Assembly: GCA_026023565.1 (NCBI GenBank) | Contig: JAPETS010000056.1 | Span: 62,001-126,000, forward strand | Origin: Cirrosporium novae-zelandiae | Lineage: Eukaryota | Length of the DNA: 64,000 nucleotides | Direction: 5' to 3' | Shown here: in pieces, positions 35,428 through 49,549 of the stretch | Layout: each line of letters starts with the position of its first letter | Numbering within the stretch: position 1 is the stretch's first letter | Program-made: the position numbers and the translations under genes | The notes under the pieces: model-generated | The model's input: only the letters and a program-made list of their open reading frames with translations | Told to the model about the DNA's origin: nothing | Database searches by the model: none

Positions 35428-38400
35428 ATGGATGCACACATTTCATCGAAAAAACAATGCTTGCAAAGACCTTCCGATGCCCTACACTACTTTGACCCGG
35501 CGAGAGAAAGAGATATTTTGATGAAAGCTTTACAAGAACAACCAAATAAAACTAGCAATCCGAATGTGTCAAGAAGAATCAATAACTGTAGCCCCAATGC
35601 TTCTGGCATCAAATGAGAGGAGAACTATGGCCCTCGCAACGGTATCACATGGGATTTGGATGGCATGGGACCATTATGCTCGTCCCAATCTACCTATACA
35701 CATGAAGGCAAGCCGCTTCCTTATGTCAATCCTGGATCGATTGAGCCACATCGTCCAACAGCGTACTATGATCATGAATCGCGTTTCCCTAGCTCGCAAA
35801 CATTCAATACCCGGGCCCCTCGTGATTACACGTGGATGAAACAGCTGGGAGAAACGCAACACTTGTCTTTCAAAGATAGCTTAAACTTTTTGGACTCAGA
35901 ACAGAACCCTATCTTCAACCCGAGCAGCACGGGATCGTCCTATCAATTGGTTGATTATGCACTACATAAAAATCCTCCAATTCTTTATAGTCAAGACACC
36001 TATAACGAGATATCGACCTCCCGCGAAGCAATCTTACGAACAAAACCGCAGTATATTTCAATGAGTGACTCCGCGCAGGAGGAGCAGGGAGGTGAAGAAG
36101 CATCGTCATCTAGGCCCTACAAAGGAGATATAGTTGATGAGATTGAAACCAATTCACATAAGGTTGACCAAATTTGTTTTGGCATGGTAAATCCATCTAC
36201 CTTATTTCGTATACCCTAGTTAATAAACCTAGATTGCTCATCTCGATATGGAAAGAGTAAAACCAGACTCACCAATACTGATCAACATGGATGTTGATGT
36301 CACAAACCAAGACGTCCTCTCGAAAGACACGAATCCGGTTCGGCTTGGAGTGTTGACAGACGGTGTTGTGGATGTTCTTAATACTTTAAAGGCTAGGGCT
36401 TGCATTCACCTCCAGATGTATTGTTCCTCAAGGAAGGACGAACCACAGACCATTAATATCCCTAGGAAGAAGCCTCGGACATGTGCTTACAAAATTACTC
36501 TTTGTGTGAACTTATACGGACCTTCACAACTCTTCGATAATGTTGAAGACTTTCTCCAAGGGTGCGGAGTTTACTTACAAGACCCCCAGAATTGTGACAG
36601 GCGGGTTCCTTACAGGAATCCGCACTGTATGTGGACACTAGGTGATACTAAATTTACGTCAGACCTGAGAAATAACACAGCTCCCTCAATCATAGAATCA
36701 ATTAACAAATATGTGGATCCACTAGCCGAGTTTGAAACAGGTCAGAGCCTACCTGAGACTCCAGCCCCTTCAGCAATAAAGACCATCCTTTACCCGTATA
36801 ATATAATCTGCCTCTCATCCGGCCGATAATTTGTCTGTTGCTAATAACTCTTAACAGACATCAACGGCAGGCCTTAACGTTTATGACGCAGCGAGAACTA
36901 CCATGCAATCCACAGGATCACCATCCGAACAGGATCCCAGAGTATGTGTTCATTGACTCTAGTTAGAAATAAGATGGGGACGCTGAAATATGTAGATTTA
37001 TGGATAGCTCGTCTGGAGAATGGCGGTTGGATGAGCTATCTACCTTCCGAGGTGGGCTTCTTGCAGATCCAATGGGGCTAGGCAAGACATTGACTATGAT
37101 ATCCCTCATCGCCTCAAATCCGATGCAAGGGATGGATACAAAAAATAGTGAAACGTTTGTTAAATCAGCCCTCCTCGTCGTACCTCCCTCATGTATGATT
37201 TCCTTTTCTTTATCCTTCTGTGTATATCGCTGACTATTTAAAGTATTGAAAACCTGGGAAAACCAGCTCTCCTTGTCAATATACCACCATTTTCTTTTCG
37301 GCCTTCTCAACAAGTCAAGCCAACTCGAACCAGATCGGAACGGGTTCTTATTTTGTTAAAAGACCTACCTAACGTGCAATTTGGAGATGCATGAACTCGC
37401 TCGGTTTTCATGTCCTTGTCAGTATTGACTCCTTTCTAGGCATGTTCACCCTGGGACGATGTCGTGGATTAAATATCACGGATCAGCGAGACATTTAGTA
37501 GAATTTGCAAAATATGATATAGTTCTTACTACTTTTCACACTTTAGCGGGTGAGTGGAAAAAACAAGAGAAGAAAAACGGGAGGCCTAATTTGATATTCT
37601 CCTTGGTATGGCACCGTGTCGTTCTTGATGAAGGTACGTCCTTGATCACAATCTGCTCTCTGGATATTACAATACTGAATTTCATGCCTGTGTCTTTTTT
37701 CTGATGTATTATCCTTGATTCTGCTGCATATTTGCTAACCTTCTTGGCTCATATCATTCGGCAAAAGTCGGCAGTAATTACAAAAGCCATGTGCGCCATT
37801 CGTGCAAGCTCGCGGTGGGCGGTGACAGGAACCCCTATCCAAAATCGGCTTTCCGATCTTGGCAGCCTCTTCCAGTTCCTCCGGATAACCTCACATGATC
37901 CCACATTTGTTGACCGTGAGATTTCAAGTTCCTGAAAGAGAAACTCCGGGGTCGATGTGATCAATCGATTAAAGGCGCTTTTCCAGCTAATATCCTTGAG
38001 AAGGCCTAAGACTATTATTTAGCTCCCTCCTCGTGAGGATGAAATTCATTACCTTCACCTGCGTGATTCTGAAAGAGCAGCTTACAAAATGGCCCAAGAT
38101 CAAGTTATGAACATGATCAATGATCCCCAGAGTGTCCAGATGAAAGTTCCACAGTCATCTAGTCACATTCTAAGGTTGATTAGCACATTGCGGAAGATAT
38201 GTAACCTAAGATTAATTCATGGTCAACACGAGGTGTCTCAGCTCTCGCCTTCATTATGGAGTCACTCAACGGCTCAAGAGCTCTTCAGCAATATGACGTC
38301 CACTGGGAGAGCATTTTGCACTAGATGTTCGTCGGACTTAAACATAGAAGACCCCAGCAATGTGGAAGTGGGCTCTGATATCTACCGACCACGCCTCTAC

Positions 38401-39323
38401 AAGTGCTTAAGGCTACTATGTGGAGGCTGTGTCAATGAGGCTCAAATTCTTGGCTCTGGAATTAGTGCTTGTGAACACGGAGATTCTGTTAACTGTACTT
38501 CGTTTGAGCTCAGCTCACGACGTCTCTCTGCCTCCCCATCCGTCAATGCTGAGTTATTTCCGGAAATTACTAGTTTAGAAGCTCTCCCACCAAAAGTTAA
38601 AGCGCTGATTGCCAGTCTACAGGGATTGCCAGAGAATCAGAAGAGGTTTAATACCTGCCTAATATGGGAAACCAATGCTGATGATCATAGTGTTGTATTT
38701 TCATTCTGGACCTCCACTCTTGATATCATCAAGCTTGGCCTCAGGTTTGCAGGCTTTGCAACCAGGAGCTACGTACGCGTCGATGGCAAAACCCCACCAA
38801 AAAATAGGTCACACTTTATAGATCAATTCCAGGCCGATCCATCTATCTGGGTGATATTGATATCTCTTTCTTGCGGAGCTACTGGGTATGCCCTAACATT
38901 TCTCCCCAGGTTTATGAATTCGACTGCTGACTATCTTGTGCTAAGCTTAACCCTAACTGCAGCATCTCGTGTATACATTATGGAGCCACAATGGAACCCC
39001 ATGCTAGAGGAACAAGCTCTGGACCGAGTCCACCGAATTGGACAGACACGAATGACCACGACCGTCCGATATATCATCAAAGATTCCATAGAAGAGGCAC
39101 GTTTCGTACTCCTAATAGGGTTAAGTCTGGCAACTAACTTGGAGAAGAATATCATGAAATTACAACTAAAAAAGCGAGATCTTGCAAGTCTTATCCTCTC
39201 CCAGACCCGCTTGTGCGAGGGGGATGCTCAAGCAACTCAACTAGAGGCAAGTACTGTCTTCCTTTGCCATTGAGATGTGAAAATTCTAATTTGTTCCAGC
39301 AACTTTGCGCTCTAGTAAAATGA
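35428..39323 (+). pseudogene. SNF2-family ATPase, Rad5/Rad16-like with a degenerate RING-like insert; several inactivating lesions
   Basis: Motifs LYPHQRQALTFM..RE, GGLLADPMGLGKT, LLVVP, DIVLTTF, WHRVVLDE(A)[59 protein letters not shown]. In-frame stops TGA 35614, TGA 37933 and TAG 38020; the expected AG acceptor before AHIIR reads GG (37746-37747). Confidence 0.85.
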
Positions 39324-40163
39324 ACGGAATAGTACTTCTTTTTTTCATGGTGTTTGTCATATATGAGATCCATAGACTATTAAAGGGTTCTTCTATAAGG
39401 TCTTTCATTTGCGCTCTACGAGGCTGTCTTCTCGAACTAGAAGGTCCAAGGTTTTGTGAATTCAATACGCGAAGTCCGGGTGGTAGAACTTGTTAGGTCA
39501 TAGCATCAGCTATTGAAATGGCTACCTAAGAAGCTAGTGAAAAAAAAAACAAATTCTCAAAATATAAATTTGATCAATTTTCGTCGCAACCTCCATCGCT
39601 ATCGCTATCTCGTGTTATAGAACATTAAGGTAATTAGTGGCATTAAAAATGTAGCTAATCTAATTCCGACCAAAACAATAAATAATGGTAAAGATCGTGC
39701 CTCGGGTTCAGGATAAAAATCTATCCGTGGGTCCTCCCGTATGTCCTGTGGAGGTCCTTGTCGTTTCAATAGTTTGCTGGATAAATGGACTTTGGTTTGT
39801 CGTTGTTGGCGGTGCCAAATGAAGGATAACGGAGATTGTGGAGTTAATCCAACGATGACGGATAAGACTTCAGATAGCAACTTTAACTGACTTCACCGTG
39901 ACTACAATGACTACTATGGCAGCCACTCACCAATTGCTAGCGATGATGATACCTTCAGAGCAGAGGGAAATCCCTTGATGTTAATAATGGCAATAATGTA
40001 ATATCCTCTCGCACTGGATTGATGTTCTTTCAATGTTAACGCCGAAGCCCCCTCCGTATCGGCATCTTTCATATTTCCTACAAAGAGCTCTCGAATGAGG
40101 TAAGTATACAAGACATGGAACTCTAGGAACTCACCTTATTCAGATTTCCATCATAGATTCTCC

Positions 40164-41147
40164 ATGCCTCATCAGATTCCTCAATCCTCTCGCACCTTCT
40201 TACACCCATTATTCAGACTCTCGCACCCAAGAAATCAGCTCCGCCTCCTCGCCACCAAAATGACCTCCACCCTCACCACCGTAGATTCCACATACCCCCT
40301 CTCCACAGGCCACAGAATTCCCATCATCGGCTTCGGAACCGCCGGCGAAACTGCGGCTCACTTCAAAGTCCCCCGCACCCTCCTCATCCCAGCCATCTCC
40401 CACGCCCTCGAAGTCGGCTATCGCCACATCGACAGCGCTGTCGGCTACGACTCCGAACGCCCTTCCTCAATCGCCATCCGCGCATCGAATATCCCAAGAG
40501 AGGACATATTCTTCACGACGAAATGTATGCCGCGGGGGTACGAGGCCGCGAGGAAGCACGTGGAAGAGAGTTTACGTGCCACGGGGTTCTCGTATATCGA
40601 TTTGTACCTCGTTCATTGTCCGTATGGTGGGCGGGAGATGCGGTTGCGGACGTGGGATGCGCTTGTCGAGGCGCAGAGGAGGAGTCAGGTTCGGAGTTTG
40701 GGTGTTAGTAATTATGGTGTAGGTCATCTGGAGGAGTTATGGGAGTATATTGTGAGCAGGGAGAAGCGGGAAGGCAAGGGCGCTGCGGGGGGAATAAGTG
40801 TTGCGCAATATGAATTACATCCTTGGCTTGCGCGTCCAGATATCGTTGGCTGGTGCCGTGAGCATGGGGTTGCTGTGGAGGCTTATTCGCCCCTGATCAA
40901 GGGCAAGAGGATGGACGAGCCGATCCTCCAAGCTCTAGCTAGGAAGTATGGAAAGTCGACAGCTCAGATCCTGTTAAGGTGGAGTCTTCAGATGAGATTT
41001 GTGCCGTTGCCCAAGAGCTCAACGCCCCGAAGGATTGAAGAGAATGTAGATGTTTTTGACTTTGAGCTAGATGGTGAGGATATGAAGGTATTGGATACGG
41101 GAAAGTATGAACCGTGTACTTGGGACCCTACTGTTAGTAAGGACTGA
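40164..41147 (+). CDS. Aldo-keto reductase (AKR5/2,5-DKG reductase-like); start at 40164 (possible transit peptide) or 40260
   Basis: Motifs IPIIGFGT, GYRHIDSA..Y, FFTTK, YIDLYLVH, RSLGVSNY, QYELHPW, EAYSPL, LPKS..PRRIEEN. Confidence 0.92.
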   Translation: MPHQIPQSSRTFLHPLFRLSHPRNQLRLLATKMTSTLTTVDSTYPLSTGHRIPIIGFGTAGETAAHFKVPRTLLIPAISHALEVGYRHIDSAVGYDSERPSSIAIRASNIPREDIFFTTKCMPRGYEAARKHVEESLRATGFSYIDLYLVHCPYGGREMRLRTWDALVEAQRRSQVRSLGVSNYGVGHLEELWEYIVSREKREGKGAAGGISVAQYELHPWLARPDIVGWCREHGVAVEAYSPLIKGKRMDEPILQALARKYGKSTAQILLRWSLQMRFVPLPKSSTPRRIEENVDVFDFELDGEDMKVLDTGKYEPCTWDPTVSKD

Positions 41148-41294
41148 AGCTGGGGTACTGTAACTGGTCAAGCTAAGTGTGAGTTAATAGGAAATTTACA
41201 TGTGACTAATATTTTTTTCTTTTCATAGAATATGTGGTTTTGTTTTTATTTACAAGATTTCGACGTATATACATGACATCGTGTATCCACTTAT

Positions 41295-42071
41295 TCAGAT
41301 TTTATTTGACTCGGAAATCTCACTCGAAGTCTTTGGTAGCGGCCAATCCGCTTCATCGCTAGAGTCTGCAGTGGTTGCAATGCTCAACGGAGAAGGGCCA
41401 GCAGCTCCATGGCTAGTGGATACGGGAACATCGAGCTTATCACCGTGAGAACTTGGTGTCTTTTGCTTCATTTCCGGCTGCTTGGATTTGTCAGATGGTG
41501 CATAGGCAGTCAACAGGCCATCACTGTAAGAATAGGCCACGTTTTGATATATCGGAGTTGGTTGTTGTACGGGTTTGGTGATCTTAGCTGGAGCGCGGGC
41601 GACGGGGGGCGAGGAGTCTAGATCAGGACCAACTTTTTTGCCGCGCTGCTGGTTGCGCCGGTTGCGCATGAAGTATATGATGGCGCCGGCGATGAGGGCA
41701 ATAGCGGCGAGACCGCCCAGGACGCCGCCGACGATGGCACCGGTATGGTTAGGAGATGACGAGGCTGAGCTTGGAGATGCTGCTGAGGAGCTGTCGCTTG
41801 TGGTGGGGTGGTGGACTGAACGGCGAGCTATTGCTTTCATGCATTCTAGATGGTTGTTAATTAGGATATTTTGGTATTGCCGGATAAAGAATCTTTGGTC
41901 TCTCATACCCATTTTTCCATCTTGCCAGGTACATGCATTTGGTCCGATGGCATCTCGCTTGAGGAGGCCATTTCCATCCCTCTTCAAGGCATTGACTTGT
42001 TGTTTGTTGACTGCATACGCTTGCACAGTCAAGGCCAGGTATCCCAATATCAACAGAAGTAATGAATTCAT
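41295..42071 (-). CDS. Type I single-pass membrane protein: signal peptide, dibasic sites, short two-Cys peptide, Ser/Thr stalk, TM helix, cytosolic tail; one 63-nt intron (41908-41846)
   Basis: MNSLLLLILGYLALTVQA signal; TM GAIVGGVLGGLAAIALIAGAIIYFM followed by basic RNRRNQQRGKK; intron GTATGA...CTAAT...CTAG. Confidence 0.75.
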   Translation of the reverse strand: MNSLLLLILGYLALTVQAYAVNKQQVNALKRDGNGLLKRDAIGPNACTWQDGKMGMRDQRFFIRQYQNILINNHLECMKAIARRSVHHPTTSDSSSAASPSSASSSPNHTGAIVGGVLGGLAAIALIAGAIIYFMRNRRNQQRGKKVGPDLDSSPPVARAPAKITKPVQQPTPIYQNVAYSYSDGLLTAYAPSDKSKQPEMKQKTPSSHGDKLDVPVSTSHGAAGPSPLSIATTADSSDEADWPLPKTSSEISESNKI

Positions 42072-43452
42072 GATGGGCGGGATATATAAGTGCTCATGAA
42101 GCAATTCGTCCTGATGCCAACATTGTATCTCGATACAGGGCATAAGCCTCTCCTTTTATCATGCTATTGCTGGCTATATGGAAGAGGCCTTCGAGGCTTG
42201 CACAATGACCCATCAACCCCGCAAACTAGAAATTCTTTCCAAGTCGACGGAGCTTTCTAAACGCCAAAGTAGATCATTTTCTGGGGAATTTTGACAGGAT
42301 TAGGAGAAATAACTATTGAAAGGCTGAAATGGCTTCAAAGGTTGCGAGGCACGTAACCAATTGTGGCAAACGTCAAATTGAGTCGCATCTGCAAAAGGAA
42401 AAACATTGGCTGGAGGATTAATTTCGTGCAGAAGGACCAAGGCAGTATGGGGGAGCTAGGTCCAAAGGACAAGCCTTCTTTAGGGAAAGAAGCTTGATAG
42501 AAGCTTTCAGTCTGTCCAACACTTGGACTCTTGGCAGGGGAACATATTTACTCGAGTACGCCTTCTTTCACAACTAAACTCCTTAGGTCAAGAACTTGTT
42601 TAAAGGTGATCACGTTCATCGCCAGCAAAAGAAACAATTGATAAACATTGACGGTTGCCATGTTAGGAGAAGTGGGTAGGTCAGTTGAACAACATCTGGG
42701 TACTATACCTAGGTAGATGTTCGCTTAGGGGTGAAAGACCAGGTGATTAATGACATAGGATTGTTGCTGGATAGAGAAATGCTCAGTTAAATGTAATTAA
42801 TTAGAAGAAACAGGAAGATAAATCGGAGTAGCCGAGGGAGGGAGGCGTAAAAGAAGCCGAATATATTCCTCAAATTCGTAGAGCCATTCTTTACTGCCAT
42901 GGCTATTAGTTAGTGAAGAAAGGAAATTAAGCAAAGAGGGGGCCAGAAGCAGCCAAGTTGAACTAGTGAACTTTACCATAAATCATGATGAGATCCTTAA
43001 AAGATGGATAATAAGGCAACCAAAAAATAAATATGTAATGAATGAATTATTTAGACTAACTGCTTAGGTACCTTGGTAGATATCTGATTGAATCCGAAAA
43101 GACAACATAAGGTTGAAAATATCTGGTGGAGGGAGTCAAGATAAGGTATTGGAGAGATGCTTAGATATAGGATGTAGACAGTTACGGTAATCTAATGAAC
43201 AGGGTATCTTGTATTGTGTTTAAACTATATACAGTGTTCAGCCAGAAGGAAGACCTAATCCAGATAATAGTACTAATAACAAGTCCATAACCAGAAATAC
43301 TCCTTAGGCTAAGAAATAATGCAAAGATATCAATCACACGTGAGAAATAAATCGACTTCTCGCACCTATGGAAAGGTGCCCCTGCTGTTGCTTACGGCTT
43401 TTGATGTTGAGGTGAGGGTTGTAAATGCTTCTGTTTTTAGTTAAGATGGTCT

Positions 43453-45354
43453 TTAGGAAGTGGTTTTGAATCCATTATTCATGGCCAGTAAATGATTTTC
43501 AGATACCATTCGTCGCTCCTTTAGTTTTGCGTCTACTGCCTCCTCGAAGTTCTGCCACTCTCGACCTTGCCTGACCAGCTCCCGCTTAGCTTCTCTAAGG
43601 AGTTTCTTTGCCTCCTCAGGCTTTTCAAGCCCTTTCCTTTTTGCTTCAGTAAGCAACTTCAGGGCCTCGGCGATCTTTGCTCCAATTTGCTCAGCCCTTT
43701 GGTCCATCTCATTAATAGGGGGCAGCTCTGAAGGTTTAGAACTAATGGTAAGTGGGGGTGAAATGGTTTCTGTGCTTAGGTGTAAGCTGCTGCCAGAATC
43801 TTTTGATGATCGAATGATTTTCATTGCCTCCTCGCCCTTCGGCGCAGTCGTCAGATTCTCATGTCCATCAGCAGTGATCAGAATATCATCTTCGATCCTG
43901 ACGCCTCCTACGGCCCAGTATCTTTCAAGTACGTCCTTGTTAATATACTTTGAGTGAATAGGAGAGTTAAGGTAGAACGTCTCGAGCGCGAAGCGAGGGA
44001 AGTAGATTCCGGGCTCAACTGTAATCACCATTCCTTCTTGGAGCTTGGGACTATCCTCAGAGCAAGGAGCAAAACTCATTGCTGGATTGAGAACTGGGCA
44101 TGTTACGGAGGGTGAGTATCGCATAATGGGGATTCCAAGAACGTCATGAACTTCCAATCCAAGATGATGACCGAGACCATGCGGGAAAAACCCTTTGCTA
44201 GTACCTTTTTCGTATAGTTGCTCACGAGTGGCACCATGAAGAATGCCTAATCTTAGAAGACCATCAATGGCGATTTTATGGCACAGGATATGACAATCAA
44301 GATAATGGACCCCTGGCTTAAGCATATTGATTACAGTTTCTTGCATCTCCTTCACAATATCGTAGACCTCTTTCGCTTCCTTGCTCGGCCAATTACCTGA
44401 TATGGGGAACGTTCTAGTCACGTCGCTCGCGTAGCATTGAAACTCAGCACCAGCATCTAGGCAAACAAGCTGTCTGCCCTGTAGGCTCTCATTGTTGGCT
44501 ATATAATGAAGGGTGCTAGCATTTTCACCACTTCCAGCGATGACTTGGTAGGATTGCTTTGCGTACTTTGAAATGCAAATGTCCTCAAACATGCCTTGAA
44601 TTTGAGCTTCATTTTTGAATTTGTGAATATTTTCGAGTACGGCACGATGGGCTAACGTTGAAATATGGTTCGCTTTGCGAATTATATCAATCTCGTAAGA
44701 GTCTTTGACTGCGCGGCAAGCATCGATGGCGGGAAGAAGCTTTTCAATATCGAGGTTTGCGGGTTTGAAATTCTTGTCTAATGGTCGATGATCATCATGT
44801 AGTGCGTAAAAGGTAGCATTGGGCGAGGAGGTTTGCCAGTATTTCAAATCTGTAGACACGTGATTGTTATAGCGAACCGAGTCAATGTCATATCTGCCAT
44901 CATCAGGCCTCGTGTCAATTCATCCTCACAGTTAGGAACGTACTGCTCATAAGCCTCTTCTATGGTAAGGCCTGGACCGTTCCAAATCACTCGTTCCATG
45001 ACAATTGGGGGTATGTATAGAGTAAGTATATCGGTGGCAATGTTGTATGTTAAGCAACAATTAGCAACGTCAACCCCACTACAATAATAGAAATATCGGC
45101 GTTGTCTCCATGTCTTGGGCTGGTCGGAGTCCTCAATATCGAGTGCATATTGGCCGAGCAGATATATCACTCCACAGTTACCTCCAAGGATCTTAGCTAC
45201 AGCTCGAGCATGCTGTTTAGCTAGTGATAAAGGATAAGATCAGTTACTATGGTAAAGTTAGGCTTATTGGAATAACAAACTTACCAGGGTACTTGTTGAC
45301 ACCCAATGCATTGAGCCGAATAGTAAGATGGTCAATATCATCAATATCCATCAT
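43453..45354 (-). CDS. Xaa-Pro aminopeptidase/prolidase (M24B) with an extra C-terminal helical extension; two introns
   Basis: KYP|AKQHAR, QRRYFYY.SG, LDAGAE..YASDVTRTFP, HGLGHHLGLEVHDV, ITVEPGIYF, GGVRIEDD. Confidence 0.9.
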
Positions 45355-45576
45355 ATTTTTCTTTCTTTCTTACATCAGACAATATCCTTTTTGCTTTGTT
45401 GAGAGAGAGGGGCTTCGTGTGCCGGGAGATTATGAGTTGTAGTTCTAGCTACCTAGGTACTTAGTGTATGACGGACTTAAACTATCAAGCTGTGGAGCAC
45501 TAATAATTACTGTCTGAGGTGTCTAGGTCTTTTGGGGTGAATGCCTAAGGTACCCATTTACCTAAGAACTGAACTC

Positions 45577-45626
45577 TTTTTTTGAAGGCCTTTCCCAAGG
45601 TCGCTTTAATCTCTACTTATCAAAAG
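45577..45626. mobile_element. Internally deleted right-end fragment of the same MITE family
   Basis: TTTGAAGGCCTTTCCCAAGGTCGCTTTAATCTCTACTTATCAAAAG|TA aligns with the right end of copy 2 if the segment between two GGTC tetramers is removed. Confidence 0.65.
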
Positions 45627-45802
45627 TACCTAGGTATATTTACAGTATCTAGAAATACCCTCGACGCATCCAATTCGTCACAATTATCGCGAGACAAGAT
45701 CATTCGGGTCTTGACAATTGGGCAAAAGTCATCTATCAATAGATTATAAACCACATTTATATAAACAATTAGCCTCATCAATTATACTTTCGATAAATAG
45801 AA

Positions 45803-46641
45803 ATGAAAGTCATCGTGTTTGGTGCCACTGGGTTTGTTGGGAATGAAGTTGTTAATCGCTGTAGAAAGGACTCTGACATTACAGAAGTCTTTGCCATTAC
45901 CCGACGACCACTACTCGACGATATCAGTGAAGACGCCAAAGTCAAAACTATCCTCCATTCCAATTTTCTAGAGTATCCGCAATCACTACTTGACCAAATT
46001 TCTGGGAGCGAATGTTGCTTATGGTATAACATCTACCTCTTCGTTTGCTCAAGAAAGAATTCTCACACTTTACAGGTGCATTGGCGGTCGACATACACAA
46101 ATAAGTCGATGGAAAACCCAAGAAGAATATGCCCAAGTTAGTGTTGAATATACATTAGCGGCGGCAACGGCCTTTGCAGAATCTCTAGCACCACATCTAG
46201 ATGGCAAGCCTTTCAGATTCATCTTCTGTTCAGGTCATGCAACAGAATTGGATCAGAACAAGTCCTTATGGGTAATGGGTCCTACAAGGAAAGTAAAGGT
46301 ATCTACATATACTCTCTCTCCCTATCCCCAGCATGATAGTTCCAGGAAATTATTGACACTGATATAATGAGGCCTAGGGCAAAGCAGAGCTAAGCCTTTT
46401 CAGCCTCGCAGACATGCATCCTAAAGTGTTCGAGTGCTTCACGATTCGTCCGTGTGGAATCTATCAACCGAATCCATCCTTGAAGGATATATTTCTCACA
46501 AGTGTGGTTCTTCCTTCTCTACATGTCGAGGAGTTAGCTATTACCATGGTCGATATCGGGAAACGTGGATTTAATGAAAGAATTGTCGAACATGAAACGA
46601 TCAAAAGGCATGGACGAGGTCTTTTGGAAACCTCAACTTGA
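45803..46641 (+). CDS. NAD(P)-binding Rossmann-fold protein (atypical SDR / epimerase-like), two introns
   Basis: MKVIVFGATGFVG, ITRR, DFxxY-like NFLEYP, CLW|CIG, FRFIFCSG, RKVK|GKAE, IRP. Confidence 0.82.
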
Positions 46642-46924
46642 AGATGAGTCTTAGGATTTTCGTTGTTGGTGTCCTTCCAAGGATATGTATATCCATAGTA
46701 TATATGTAATGTGATTCGTGTAACTCGAGCAACTATCACTATCTATCAATGGTATCAACCCCTCGGGCCCTAATCAGACCCCACCAACTTTAATCTTTTA
46801 TCTTTGTAACTTATTGCAAACACCACAAACACACCACACCTTGAGTCATTGGGCACACTCCTTATGAATTCTTATCAAGGACTGTTCACACTCAACTTTC
46901 ACCTTTTTGTCGACAAAATTCACA

Positions 46925-49549
<2,625 letters not shown>

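Noticed and set aside
39605..40111. Two short minus-strand ORFs between the SNF2 pseudogene and the AKR gene
   Set aside because: Could be a gene relic, but no coherent splice model or recognisable protein could be built.
42797..42979. 60-aa minus-strand ORF with a hydrophobic N-terminus
   Set aside because: No recognisable family, no cysteine pattern and no other supporting signal; length is within chance expectation.
42984..43090. Possible C/D-box snoRNA (ATGATGA...CTGA)
   Set aside because: No convincing terminal stem or recognisable rRNA-complementary guide, and the background is AT-rich.
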